Assembly (NCBI RefSeq): GCF_963676685.1
Contig: NC_092352.1
Location: 18,972,001-19,036,000 of the forward strand
Source of the DNA: Mytilus edulis
Taxonomy: Eukaryota
Direction of reading: 5' to 3'
Length of the DNA stretch: 64,000 nucleotides
Part shown: in pieces, positions 12,649-26,500 of the stretch
Layout: every line of letters begins with the position of its first letter
How positions within the stretch are numbered: the stretch's first letter is position 1
The notes under the pieces: generated by a model
Seen by the model: the letters and a program-made list of their open reading frames with translations, nothing else
Databases searched by the model: none
Told to the model about the DNA's origin: nothing
Position numbers and translations under genes: made by a program

Positions 12649-15600
12649 TTTTTTATATGTGATTATATCACTCAATAATTTAAAAGTTGTGGCACTTAAA
12701 TTGAAAGAAAATTGTGAACTAATTTCAGAGCTAGTTCACATAATCTCAAAATCAAGAAAGAAAGATATTACAACGTGGATACTATCGAAAGAAACTTTTA
12801 TTTTATGTAAAAAAAAATATCCTGTTGAAGATGAAATTCCTCTCTTAAATAAATGAATAAATGTCTTTGCTTAACAACAGGTTGCAAATCTATATACTAA
12901 TGATAATAATTTTAGTAAACTTTCTGATGAAAACAAATTAATTTGGATGGTAAGCAATGAAGACATATATATGTCATATGTATAATCCACAACTCTTAAT
13001 TAAAAGCAACTGTCCAAAGAAAGAGATGCACACAGAAATTATTGACGTATATAAGACCTCTACCCCTTGTAATATGAACTTTTGTATTGCAAGTGGAATC
13101 CATATTTGCTGTATTTTGATTTTGTAAACCCGCATATAATATGCATTCCTTTTCATTTAAGCAATATATATTTAAGATTTTAATTTATTTAATCAATGAA
13201 ATCATGTTTAGTTTTGTACTTTCTGTCTTTAAGTGATAATAACACTGTAATTATTCTACTCCCATGATGGCAATTAAATGAGTCAATAAAATTATTGTAC
13301 TATACTGCATCACTATCCCACACGTATTGACGTTCTTGGCTCATAAACTCGAGTCTCAATGGATTGACACAGAAAAGGTGATGCTTTCAACTGCATCAAC
13401 AGCATGTCAAACACCAATGGTCTTGTTAGTCACGTCTTTGGGGCGGGGGAGGAATGGGTTATGATAGCAAAAGTTTATTTTTTTTCTCTCTGTTCCATTT
13501 ATATATAGTTATAGGCAAATAAAGATTGCAAAATAAGTATGAAATTTTCACCTATTTTTTTTCTTAACTTCTGAGTCCGATTATCCTTCTAGAGTATTAA
13601 GTGTTTCATGATGTTCTCGAATTTAGCCATGCTCAAATAGGAACTATGATATTTACTTCTTCCCTAGAACTCTAGAAACAGGGTTTCAAGGTATTAAGTA
13701 ACGGCAACAGTAGTATACCGCTGTCCGAAACTCATAAATCGATAGAAAAAAAATCCGGGTAACAAACTAAAACTGAGGGAAATCGATAATTAAAATTGAA
13801 TAGTTTCTTTCAATGTGTAGAGCGATCTATTTTTATTTGAGCTTGGCATTTTATGTCTCATTTTTAAGAATTTATTTTATAAGTATCGATTGTGCTTGAT
13901 TTTTTGTTTTGCGTATCTACTAGTATTTGATTTTGTTGCTTTTTATTTGCATCGATTTGGTATTTCCTTGAGGTTTAATTTTTTTTATATGTGATTATAT
14001 CACTAAATAACTTTCAATACTGTTAAATGGAGAGCAACTTATTTGCTAAACAAAATTAAAAAATAGTTTTCAAAACACACCCTTTAATGTTGTACAAGTA
14101 AGTAGGAAGCACTTGATTACTCTGCTCGATCACAAAAGCTTTTCAAATAACATAAAATTTAAGTTGTGGCACTTAAATTGAAAGAAAATTGTGAACTAAT
14201 TTCAGAGCTAGTTCACATAATCTCAAAATCAAGAAAGAAAGATATTACAACGTGGATACTATCGAAAGAAACTTTGATTTTATGTAAAAACAAAATATCC
14301 TGTTGAAGATGAAATTCCTCTCTTAAATAAATGAATAAATGTCTTTGCTTAACAACAGGTTGCAAATCTATATACTAATGATAATAATTTTAGTAAACTT
14401 TCTGATGAAAACAAATTAATTTGGATGGTAAGCAATGAAGACACATATATGTCATATGTATAATCCACAACTCTTAATTAAAAGCAACTGTCCAAAGAAA
14501 GAGATACACACATACATTATTGACGTATATAAGACCTCTACCCCTTGTAATATGAACTTTTGTATTGCAAGTGGAATCCATATTTGGTGTATTTTGATTT
14601 TGTAAACCCGCATATAATATGCATTCCTTTTCATTTAAGAAATATATATTTAAGATTTTAATTTATTTAATCAATGAAATCATGTTTAGTTTTGTACTTT
14701 CTGTCTTTAAGTGATAATTACACTGTAATTATTCTACTCCCATGATGGCAATTAAATTAGTCAATAAAATTATTGTACTATATTGCATCACTATCCCACA
14801 CGTATTGACGTTCTTGGCTCATAAACTCGAGTCTCAATGGATTGACACAGAAAAGGTGATGCTTTCAACTGCATCAACAGCATGTCAAACACCAATGGTC
14901 TTGTTAGTCACGTCTTTGGGGCGGGGGAGGAATGGGTTATGATAGCAAAAGTTTATTTTTTTTCTCTCTGTTCCATTTATATATAGTTATAGGCAAATAA
15001 AGACTGCAAAATAAGTATGAAATTTTCACCTATTTTTTTCTTAACTTCTGAGTCCGATTATCCTTCTAGAGTATTAAGTGTTTCATGATGTTCTCGAATT
15101 TAGCCATGCTCAAATAGCAACTATGTTATTTACTTCTTCCCTAGAACTCTAGAAACAGGGTTTCAAGGTATTAAGTAAAGGCAACAGTAGTATACTGCTG
15201 TCCGAAACTCATAAATCGATAGGAAAAAAATCCGGGTAACAAACTAAAACTGAGGGAAATCGATAATTAAAATTGTATAGTTTCTTTCAATGTGTAGAGC
15301 GATCTATTTTTATTTGAGCTTGGCATTTTATGTCTCATTTTTAAGAATTTATTTTATAAGTATCGATTGTGCTTGATTTTTTTTTTTTTGCGTATCTACT
15401 AGTATTTGATTTTGTTGCTTCTCATTTGCATCGATTTGGTTTTCCTTGATTTTTTAATTTTTTTATATGTGATTATATTACTAAATAACTTTCAATACTG
15501 GTAAATGGAGAGCAACTTGTTCGCTCAACGAAATTAAAAAATAGTTTTCAAAACACACCCTTTAATGTTGTACAAGTAAGTAGGAAGCACTTGATTACTC

Positions 15601-18401
15601 TGCTCGATGATAAAAGCTTTTCAAAAACAAAATATTTAAGTTGTGGCACTTAAATTGAAAGAAAATTGTGAACTAATTTCAGAGCTAGTTCACATTATCT
15701 CAAAATCAAGAAAGAAAGATATTATAACGTGGATACTATCGAAAGAAACTTTGATTTTCTGTAAAAAAAAATATCCTGTTGAAGATGAAATTCCTCTCTT
15801 AAATAAATGAATAAATGTCTTTGCTTAACAACCGGTCGCAAATCTATATACTAATGATAATAATTTTAGTAAGTTTTCTGATAAAAACAAATTAATTTGG
15901 ATGGTAAGCAATGAAGACACATATATGTCATATGTATAATCCACAACTCTTAATTAAAAGCAACTGTCCAAAGAAAGAGATGCACACATACATTATTGAC
16001 GTATATAAGACCTCTACCCCTTGTAATATGAACTTTTGTATTGCAAGTGGAATCCATATTTGCTGTATTTTGATTTTGTAAACCCGCATATAATATGCAT
16101 TCCTTTTCATTTAAGAAATATATATTTAAGATTTTAATTTATGTAATCAATGAAATCATGTTTAGTTTTGTACTTTCTGTCTTTAAGTGATAATTACACT
16201 GTAATTATTCTACTCCCATGATGACAATTAAATTAGTCAATAAAATTATTGTATTATATTGCATCACTATCCCACACGTATTGACGTTCTTGGCTCATAA
16301 ACTCGAGTCTCAATGGATTGACACAGAAAAAGGTGATGCTTTTTACTGCATCAACAGCATGTAAACACCAATGGTCATGTAAGTCACGTCTTTGGGGAGG
16401 GGGGGGGGGGGGTATGATAGCAAAAGTTTATTTTTTTCTCACTGTTCCATTTATATATAGTTATAGGCAAATAAAGACTGCAAAATAAGTATGAAATTTT
16501 CACCTCATTTTTTTTCTTAACTTCTGAGTCCGATTATCCTTCTAGAGTATTAAGTGTTTCATGATGTTCTCGAATTTAGCCATGCTCAAATAGCAACTAT
16601 GTTATTTACTTCTTCCCTAGAACTCTAGAAACAGGGTTTCAAGGTATTAAGTAAAGGCAACAGTAGTATACTGCTGTCCGAAACTCATAAATCGATAGGA
16701 AAAAAATCCGGGTAACAAACTAAAACTGAGGGAAATCGATAATTAAAATTGTATAGTTTCTTTCAATGTGTAGAGCGATCTATTTTTATTTGAGCTTGGC
16801 ATTTTATGTCTCATTTTTAAGAATTTATTTTATAAGTATCGATTGTGCTTGATTTTTTGTTTTGCGTATCTACTAGTATTTGATTTTGTTGCTTTTTATT
16901 TGCATCGATTTGGTATTTCCTTGAGGTTTAATTTTTTTTATATGTGATTATATCACTAAATAACTTTCAATACTGTTAAATGGAGAGCAACTTATTTGCT
17001 AAACAAAATTAAAAAATAGTTTTCAAAACACACCCTTTAATGTTGTACAAGTAAGTAGGAAGCACTTGATTACTCTGCTCGATGATAAAAGCTTTTCAAA
17101 AACAAAATATTTAAGTTGTGGCACTTAAATTGAAAGAAAATTGTGAACTAATTTCAGAGCTAGTTCACATTATCTCAAAATCAAGAAAGAAAGATATTAT
17201 AACGTGGATACTATCGAAAGAAACTTTGATTTTCTGTAAAAAAAAATATCCTGTTGAAGATGAAATTCCTCTCTTAAATAAATGAATAAATGTCTTTGCT
17301 TAACAACCGGTCGCAAATCTATATACTAATGATAATAATTTTAGTAAGTTTTCTGATAAAAACAAATTAATTTGGATGGTAAGCAATGAAGACACATATA
17401 TGTCATATGTATAATCCACAACTCTTAATTAAAAGCAACTGTCCAAAGAAAGAGATGCACACATACATTATTGACGTATATAAGACCTCTACCCCTTGTA
17501 ATATGAACTTTTGTATTGCAAGTGGAATCCATATTTGCTGTATTTTGATTTTGTAAACCCGCATATAATATGCATTCCTTTTCATTTAAGAAATATATAT
17601 TTAAGATTTTAATTTATGTAATCAATGAAATCATGTTTAGTTTTGTACTTTCTGTCTTTAAGTGATAATTACACTGTAATTATTCTACTCCCATGATGAC
17701 AATTAAATTAGTCAATAAAATTATTGTATTATATTGCATCACTATCCCACACGTATTGACGTTCTTGGCTCATAAACTCGAGTCTCAATGGATTGACACA
17801 GAAAAAGGTGATGCTTTTTACTGCATCAACAGCATGTAAACACCAATGGTCATGTAAGTCACGTCTTTGGGGAGGGGGGGGGGGTATGATAGCAAAAGTT
17901 TATTTTTTTCTCACTGTTCCATTTATATATAGTTATAGGCAAATAAAGACTGCAAAATAAGTATGAAATTTTCACCTCATTTTTTTTCTTAACTTCTGAG
18001 TCCGATTATCCTTCTAGAGTATTAAGTGTTTCATGATGTTCTCGAATTTAGCCATGCTCAAATAGCAACTATGTTATTTACTTCTTCCCTAGAACTCTAG
18101 AAACAGGGTTTCAAGGTATTAAGTAAAGGCAACAGTAGTATACTGCTGTCCGAAACTCATTAATACGATGAAAAAAAATCCGGGTAACAAACCAAAACTG
18201 AGGGAAATCGATAATTAAAATTGTATAGTTTCTTTCAATGTGTAGAGCGATCTATTTTTATTTGAGCTTGGCATTTTATGTCTCATTTTTAAGAATTTAT
18301 TTTATAAGTATCGATTGTGCTTGATTTTTTGTTTAGCGTATCTACTAGTATTTGATTTTGTTGCTTTTTATTTGCATCGATTTGGTATTTCCTTGAGGTT
18401 T
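12649..18401. repeat. ~1476-bp tandem array, ~3.9 copies, inside TMEM26 intron 2
   Basis: The same 60-aa spurious ORF recurs at 12974, 14452, 15928 and 17403 (spacing 1478/1476/1475). Units are highly similar. Confidence 0.95.
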
Positions 18402-19093
18402 TCAATTTTTGACTTCCATCTAATACTCAATACATTGGCAATCTTTTACAAATACATGTATACAATACGTACTGATAGAGGACACCGAAGAAAAGAATCA
18501 TGTTACTGACAAAAACTTCATCGAAAGCGATTGGTCTGTCTCCTTTTTAGAGATTTGTGTGATTTCGTTTTCTGTGGCTACGTGTAATATAGAAAATAGT
18601 TATGGCATATACCATTTGACGTAACAGTCTGTTATTGATGGGAAGTTGTATTCCAATGACTGAAGTGTAATATATAGATATATTTTTAATGTATTTGCTA
18701 GTTGTTTAAATAAGCATGTCTTTTTTTGGTTCCCGTAGTTATTGGACTAGTACTTTGTCTATAGGGATGGAAGGGAAAAGCAAATTCATATTGACATAAT
18801 GTTTTTCTTGATGATGTCAATATTTGCTAATTTTAAATATTCATCACTATATTTGATTTTGGTTAGATTAATTAAACACCGATAATGCTTAAAAGTTATT
18901 CCAACTGTTTAAACATGGTGCTACATGTGCAGATTAAAGACCCATAATTGGTTTCACTTAGTAAGTTTAATAATGAAATATCAATTCAAAAACATCTTTT
19001 GATATCAAAATTTGTACGTCAAGGGAAACCATTTACTAAGAATGTTTTCAGGACAGACTTCTTTTTGATTCCTCGTCCTTCTATTGACTAAAT

Positions 19094-19152
19094 GGAGCCT
19101 CGGTGGCCGAGTGGTCCAAGTAGTTCAACTACTGTATCACAAGCTAGTCAAT
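19094..19152 (+). mobile_element. Truncated tRNA-derived SINE head
   Basis: GGAGCCTCGGTGGCCGAGTGGTCCAAG contains a Pol III A-box (TGGCCGAGTGG). Interrupted before a B-box by the next element. Confidence 0.55.
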
Positions 19153-19155
19153 AGT

Positions 19156-19480
19156 TATCAAAGGTACCAGGATTATAATTTAGTACGCCAGACGCGCGTT
19201 TCGTCTACATAAGACTCATCAGTGACGCTTATATCAAAATATTTATAAATCCAAACAAGTACGAAATTGAAGAGCATTGAGGGTCCAAAATTCCAAAAAA
19301 TTGTGCTAAATACGGCTAAGGTAATCTTTTCCTGGGATAAGAAAATCCTTAGTTTTCGGTAAATTCAATGTTTTGTCAACAGGAAATTTATAAAAATGAC
19401 CACATAATTGATATTCATTTAAACACCGAAGTGCTGACTACTGGGCTGGTGATACCCTTTGGGACGAAACGTCCACCAGT
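19156..19480 (-). mobile_element. ~325-bp dispersed hammerhead-containing element (retrozyme or Penelope pLTR-like)
   Basis: Second copy at 55855-56181 and a degenerate partial copy at ~49378-49490. Carries a hammerhead motif on the minus strand. Confidence 0.75.
19185..19228 (-). ncRNA. Minimal type I hammerhead ribozyme
   Basis: Minus strand reads GCGUCA-CUGAUGA-GUCU(UAUGU)AGAC-GAAA-CGCGCG-UC^-UGGCGU: full conserved core, stem I (GCGUCA/UGGCGU), stem II, palindromic short stem III and a GUC cleavage triplet. Confidence 0.85.
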
Positions 19481-19501
19481 GATACTGTGAATTTGATGTT
19501 A

Positions 19502-19642
19502 ACTAGCCTCTGCCTCTACAGTTCTTCTCCTTGTCATTTTGAGTCTTCCTCTCTTTCTTTTACCTTCTGTGGTCCAGTGGATAGCTGTCTTTGTGATATC
19601 CTCCTGGTCATTCCGTAGGACATGTCCAATCCAACTCCAGCG
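19502..19642 (-). mobile_element. RTE-clade LINE ORF C-terminal fragment
   Basis: Minus-strand translation RWSWIGHVLRNDQEDITKTAIHWTTEGKRKRGRLKMTRRRTVEAE matches the W.GHV.R...W..EGKR.RGRP end motif of RTE LINEs. Confidence 0.8.
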
Positions 19643-20607
19643 TTATAAACTTCATGCTTCTGAAGCGCTCCCAATGATATACTTTCACCAGGAACACTCA
19701 AAGCCGAATGTTTTAAAGTCAATGATGTTTTCAACTCTATGGTCGTTTATTATCCTTCAATATTCGGGTTATACATATATTGTATCATATTCGAGAAAAA
19801 TAACATATAAAACTTATTTTCATATTTTTAATTCGATTCCAACATCTCAGGAGAACTGATAAATGAAATAGATAGCAACATCAAACGAAAATATACTGTA
19901 TGTGCAGTATATGGACTATATGTTTTGTTGACACAATTTTGATTGGAATGATCCTATTATCAAATGGAGTGGCGTTTTTGTCACTTAAACTGCAAATGTA
20001 GGCGTCTTCTGTTGACATTTCATGAACATAGTCATTGTACGTGAAAACATTAATTATAACATCAAATAGAGAGTGATTTTTATCGTAACATGAAATATTG
20101 CGATTATTTCATACACTGATAGAAAATATATTGTAAAATATAAAATGTATTATGCATTAGGGATTAAAACATTTATTTTGCAGACGATCTGCAGTTATCA
20201 TTGCGCATTTTCTCCTTATAATAGATATTGATATGGTAATTTCTACGTTTTTTCTTGATGATATATGTACAAATGTGGAAAATACTGACATTTTGCTTTT
20301 GATTTGTATTATTGGCATATCATTTACATACTTAGCATTCTAAATATGAAATGATTATAACTATATGCTGAAGAGATAAAAATGTCATCAATCCTTCATT
20401 TTCTTCGCTTTAAAAAAACATTTTTGTATGAATCAAAAGACAATTTAGGTAAACGCCCATGCGAAATCAAAATAATAATATGTAAAACAATTACACGTCA
20501 ATTCAGAAGTGACAAAAAAAACCCATAAGTTAAATAAAACAGACAAAGCAAAACACAGAAAAGAACCCACACAGTCACTGTATACAAAACCTACATCGTC
20601 ACGAGTC

Positions 20608-20759
20608 CTGGCCTTGCGGTCATAAAACTTTCGAGCACGATTTTTGTGCTCCGAGCATTAAAAACCATGCTAGAAACATGATATCCAGCAATTTGATTGG
20701 TTGATTTTAGAGTATGAGTACAAAAAACTGACTTGAAAGTTTTATGACTACAAGGCCTG
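20608..20759. mobile_element. ~150-bp MITE
   Basis: TIRs GGCCTTGCGGTCATAAAACTTTC / GAAAGTTTTATGACTACAAGGCC. A diverged reverse copy lies at ~63820-63960. Confidence 0.65.
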
Positions 20760-21273
20760 AAAGCTGTACCAAAATCAAGAAGTGATGACCAAACACTTCA
20801 CAGTACAGTTAGGTAGTTTGTTTTGTCATCATTGTGCGAGACTCTAATCACACTCTATAGTCGATTCTCTGTTCGATGGATGCACAAGGTAATACAGCTC
20901 AAACTCGGCTGTACTCGATTGTAAAATACCATTGTATTGCAATGGTTATTGCAAAAAGCAAACACAAATCAACTTACACGATATCCATAACAATTGTTTT
21001 ATGTAATAGCAATCGTGAACACAGATCATATTGAATATGTCGTCCCAATTATAACAAGTACTGGGTTGTGCTCATGGGCCATTAAAAACGAAAAAACGTC
21101 CATAGTAATATATTTTTATAAATCGAATATACCAAAAAAAAAAATGAACAGGTTTTGTTGTCACTATATTTTTCTGTCATTAATTATATCGTAATGCTAT
21201 ACATCATTTATTACAATGACCTTTGTTTGGTGGATAGTTTCAAAATCATTTATAATAGGTTTATACATTTCAG

Positions 21274-22038
21274 GTTTCCATTTCTATTCAGTTGGAACCT
21301 GATACCTGGGTGGTTATCATTGAACAATTGTTGTTGTACTTCATGATCATTGGTCGATGGCTTTTACCACGAGGGAACATCTCAAGAAATGAATTGTCAC
21401 AACTTCTGTTCGTGTTTATTGGAATGGCATCCGACATTACCGAGCTGTTTACTTTGTTTGACGAGAAAGAAGTACGGGAAAATTTACATCTAACGTTCGC
21501 AGTTCTGATTATTTGGACATTAAGTTTACTTCAGTTCTGTTTTGTTCTGACAGCTACCAGAAATGTTAAACGAGGCCGCGTTGCACTGCAATCTCCACCA
21601 AGGAAATCATGTGGCTGTTCGTGTTGTTCAACGGAAGTATGGAGCATATTGGTTGCCATGTTGATGCAAGATATTCCATTTGTTACCGTTCGTCTTTACA
21701 CTATAGCAACATATAACCTCATCAATTATAGCATCATATTTTTTACCGCCAAAAATCTCCTCGTTGTGATGTTATTGCTTTATCGTTTTGCGGTTATTTT
21801 AGGGAGCAAGAAAAAGGACGATGGCAATAAAAGTTTAGATTCATTCATGGAACTTGGTGACATGGAACTAAAAGTGGACGCTCCGAAACGAGTTTCAGTG
21901 GTATCTGATATGTATCAAAGCAAACCGTATCCAAACACGGGTAAACATAATGGAAACGGAAATGGCACGAGAAACGGCAATTCTCAAAGACCTCAGAAAC
22001 AAATGTGTAGTTATGAAAACAAAATTGGAGGATTGTAA
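21274..22038 (+). CDS. TMEM26: TMEM26-like, terminal coding exon
   Basis: Acceptor TTTCAG|GTT is in frame with the 248-aa ORF. Motifs IIGRWLLPRG.ISR.ELSQLLFVFIGMASDI.E, QD.PF..VRL and FF.AKN.LV..L.LYR are diagnostic of TMEM26. Spliced CDS is 1116 nt (371 aa). AATAAA at 22165. Confidence 0.93.
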   Translation, partial: VSISIQLEPDTWVVIIEQLLLYFMIIGRWLLPRGNISRNELSQLLFVFIGMASDITELFTLFDEKEVRENLHLTFAVLIIWTLSLLQFCFVLTATRNVKRGRVALQSPPRKSCGCSCCSTEVWSILVAMLMQDIPFVTVRLYTIATYNLINYSIIFFTAKNLLVVMLLLYRFAVILGSKKKDDGNKSLDSFMELGDMELKVDAPKRVSVVSDMYQSKPYPNTGKHNGNGNGTRNGNSQRPQKQMCSYENKIGGL

Positions 22039-22685
22039 TCAAAATTTTATTTCCGAGGGCCAAAAAGGAATGATAACTATTGATAAAACCAGTAGTTCTA
22101 TAAATGACATAATAGCAAATTTTACAAACTAAATATTTAAACAAATAGTAACGTTGACAACAAAAATAAATATAGATTGTAAATGGAAGCTCATATTACC
22201 CAATTTACTATATTAAATGAAAACAATTACTAACATTTGTATACTGACGAATATTATCTGAATACATAAAAGGGGCATTGAATGTCAAATTCATTTTTCA
22301 CCGATTGACTCAAATTCTCATATTTGATTTATAATATACTAAAACGTATATCCAAATGACGATAAGTCTGAAATAAACAATTAACATTACATGGACTCCC
22401 TTATATATATCCGAATTTCGTGTGTATTTTAATCGAGACCATCTAATTAAGCGTTTAAACAATTTACTACAATAATTAAACAATAATTGCATAGAATTGT
22501 CAGTTAATTGTTTTGGACAACCTATTGTTAATACATAAAACTTCATATTTTGCAAACAAAATGCATCGAAAAAGACAGGTTACAATTAAAAAGGCTTTGT
22601 CGAAAATAAGTTTGGACATTGAAAATGTACTGATAAAAGATCATTTACCATGGAGTAAAACATGTATTGTATCAATTAATTACAA

Positions 22686-22918
22686 AACAAGAATGTGTCC
22701 ATAGTACACGGATGCCCAACTCGCACTATCATTTTCCATGTTCAGTGGACCGTGAAATTGGGATAAAAAGTTTAATTTGGAATTTAAATCAGAAAGATCA
22801 TATCATAGGGAACATGTGTACCAAGTTTCAAGTTGATGTGACTTCAACTTCATCAAAAACTACCTTGACCAAAAACTTTAACCTGAAGCGGGACGAACGA
22901 ACGGACGGACGAACGAGT
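22686..22918. mobile_element. Helentron-like non-autonomous element fragment with a (GGAC/GAAC)n tail
   Basis: AACAAGAATGTGTCCATAGTACACGGATGCCC start, also seen at 34378-34513. Microsatellite end. Not present in duplication copy B. Confidence 0.6.
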
Positions 22919-23263
22919 GAACCGAGAGAGTCCAATTTGTCTGACATATTCAAGCAATTGTCCTAAAGATATACACACACAAGTTAAAAGACAATAATTG
23001 ATCAGTACACAAGAATGGACATTTGTGCTAAAAACATACATTTCTCCCTACAAAAAGGCAATTTTGAGGCATACACAGGTCAAAGCGTTTTTTTTACTTT
23101 TCAATAGTTAATTTGATACATTGCTTTGATATTACAAATACAACTTGTTTATAAGATATCTGTACAATCAGCAATATAATATAAATATTTCAAACGCAAC
23201 ACGTACACAAATGGATATAGATACTTTTCAATCAAATTTGTAAGCCACGGCAGATCAGAATGT

Positions 23264-23341
23264 TTATAAAAGTTTTGCCAGTGCCTCTCCTACAGGTGTT
23301 GCTGAGGCAGGATTTTGTCCAGTGATGAGGCGACCGTCAAC
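23264..23341 (-). CDS. DJ-1/PfpI Hsp31-like, copy A, last exon
   Basis: TTTTAG|VDGRLITGQNPASATPVGEALAKLL*, the family C-terminal motif. Spliced CDS is 681 nt (226 aa). Confidence 0.92.
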   Translation of the reverse strand, partial: VDGRLITGQNPASATPVGEALAKLL

Positions 23342-23599
23342 CTAAAACATAAATGTTTGATAAAGTAAATTCAACACATTATTTAAACATGATTCTAAAC
23401 TGATGAAGTAATAAAATTTAAGGCTTCATATCTGTAATCTAAACAATTCAATCTTATAGGATTAAACATTTTTTTAAGGAATTTATTGGTGTATAAACTG
23501 GACCAATTCACTCACAAACAAATAAAAGCCTTAAGGAATTTTATGATATGTTTGTGAGTGACTTGGTCCAGTTTATACAGCAATAAATTCCTTTCAAAT

Positions 23600-26500
23600 T
23601 TTTTTTTTTTTTACCAAATTGCAACAATGTTTTAGTAGATTTTCTATTATTGTATCTTGATACATATACATTTAAGTTAATAATTCCAAAAGGATATAAA
23701 AAAGCATAAAGAAACAAAAAAGTTCTGAAACTTTATTAAAAGAAACCAATAAAAAAAAACTAAATCAAGTATATCTTTTGGGAATATGATTTCAGACAAA
23801 CACTATCAAATATTAAATATTTTTTTCACCCCATTTGATTGCAGAAATCCAAATATTACTTTTAATGCAAAAATTAATAATCTCATCTTTGATTATAATT
23901 TTTTTCAATGTTTTTGGCTATTTTTTGTATCAATTCATTTAAAGTTGATTGAAAAATTTTTGATTAAAAAATAATTAATCAATAAGTTGATAAAAAACCT
24001 TCTGATTATTAAAATTAACCCTTTTTAAAATTCACTGAGGAAAAAAAATGATAGATAAATCTTTTAATAAAAAAGATATATCAAATAGAAAATACATCCA
24101 ATTTCCCCTGTTTTTGTTGCACTCCTGACATACATGACATATTATACACACAACTTAAATACAGAAACTAGAACAAAATGCTCATGATTTTTTTAAATTT
24201 TAATCATTGGTTGTTTATAAAGACCTAAATCTGTCATTTGAATCTAATTTCTGTTTTAACTTATGCATCTTATGCACTTCAGATCATATTTAAATTGATT
24301 TTTCTGACACATTCTTATACAATTGAGGGTAAGTTACCAAACTATGAACTTAATTCCATTAAATATTCATTAGAATTGCTGTTTGACAACTTAAAAAGAG
24401 ATCTGCAATGTTCAAAGTTTTTTCTGAACTCTTATTTTTTTAAAAATTATTACCTATATAAGGTACTTTATTTCCCCAATCTTGTTGCACTCCTGACATT
24501 CAATATATATCATATCAAAACAGTTTATACATCATCAAAACATACCATGATTTCTAGAGTAAGTGTTTATATACATATATGCCTTTCAGATTTGACATTT
24601 TATTTTCATTTAAACAATATTATTTTAGCTATATATCATACATTTCACTTATTGTATACATAAATTCACATCTCATCAAATTTCGCTACTAATTTTTGTA
24701 AATGGCAGTCTTTGCAATGTTAAAATGGGCTTAATTTTGTGGCTTGATGTGTAGAATAATCCTGCTAAATATCTTTGGAAAATTTCAAGCATTAGAAAAA
24801 TTACATTAAAAAAAGATGCTAAAATTGTCAGGAGTGCAACAGTTTTTCTTGACATTTTGAAAAAAAAGTTTTATTTGAAAGACACGGCAACTTGTAATAT
24901 GATGACATGTGCCATAGATTCTTATGTATATTATAATTAGTATGTCTTAGTTATGATTTCAGCTCAGAATGAAGCTTGTCCATTGAACCGTTTTGATACA
25001 GATTTGTTTTGAAAAAAATGTGTGCCATGTCAGGAGTGCAACGCAAAAATTAACATTAGTGAGAAATAGAATGATTTTTGCTTAAATGACTCGTACCTAA
25101 ACATAAACAAGTCAATCCTGGAAAACAAACATGTCCTTTCTAGAATAAGTAGTTCATTTACCTGATTATTAATATAAATAATGTGTGAGAGTCAAGTAAA
25201 TAAGGCCTCCCTATGAGTGTTCGGAGTGCAACTTTGAAGTTTAAAGACTTACACTGAAAAAATACAAAAGCCAATATATGGTTCTGTTTTATTTTTCAAA
25301 AGATACTATAATAGATACAAGATTACACCCAAAGAGTAGTCTGATAGACAAGGATTTTTTCTTTAAGAATCATATCTTGTGATGTCAGGAGTGGAACAGT
25401 TTTTAAATGACATTTTCTTGGACTTACATTTTAAGATAATCTCAGCTCCTAGTGACTTATTTGCATCTTAACATGTTTTCTTAACTATTTTGGTTACTTG
25501 TAGGAGTTATAATAAATTCTTAATTGTAACTTTCAAAGCAGGACTTTGATCCAAGAACTATAGTTTGTCCCGAGCAAAAATTCTTGAATGACAATTTTTT
25601 ACATAATTTTAGAATTTATGAATCTGATTGTCATAAACTGTGCATTTTATGAGAAATAACCATATTTCAGTTTCAAAAGTTTTATAATGGTTTCGTTTAA
25701 TACTTATTAAATTATTATAACTGTAAAAACAAACAATTATTTTTGTTGAACTCCTGACAAGAATTTACCGCAATAAGAAGTTTTGCACATATTCAATATT
25801 TTCATCTTTGAAAGTTTCGCAAATTTTGAGTTCATCTTGCAGATCCAATCTCAAAATAAATGAAAGATGGGAAAGATAGTTGATGAAAACTAAACTTACT
25901 AAACTTACCTGATTATAGACAGACTAAGGGATCAAAACAACTATCAAAGTCAACATCGACTATAACTTTGATGAGCAGAAAATTGAGAAAAAACTCTGAA
26001 AGAAGATCCACCTCAAGGACACACTAGACAAATATAACCAAAGAAAGAACAAGAAATGTAAAACGTAATTACAAAGACTTAAACCTGAAAACAAAAACAT
26101 AGATATCAAAAATGAAAAAAAACCCAGAGAGATTGGCAACAGAAGAGCAAAAATAAATTTACAAAAGCCAGAAAAAAAATGCAAATCCACAGAAAAATAT
26201 CCAGTCGATAAGTAAAGGTACAGACACACTATCTAGAGAAATCAGAAGGAGAAGACTAAGTATAGGGCAAATTTGTCCTGACAAAGCCAAATCTTGCCCT
26301 AAAACAATGGAATACATCATAGCCACAGCTAAACAAAGGTAGTTGTAAGAAATAATCAGTATTGATGGAAGTGTGCTAGAAATTGATGGGTGCAGAAGTG
26401 AAAAAAAAAAATATGGCATTTTCAAAAAGAACAGGCTACCTAAAAACAACTTAGACTTACAACTTAATAATGAACTCTTTGAGAATTTCATTTTCTTTTC

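Noticed and set aside
12974-17585. Four 60-aa ORFs (MKRNAYY...)
   Set aside because: By-products of the 1.48-kb repeat, with no splice or domain support.
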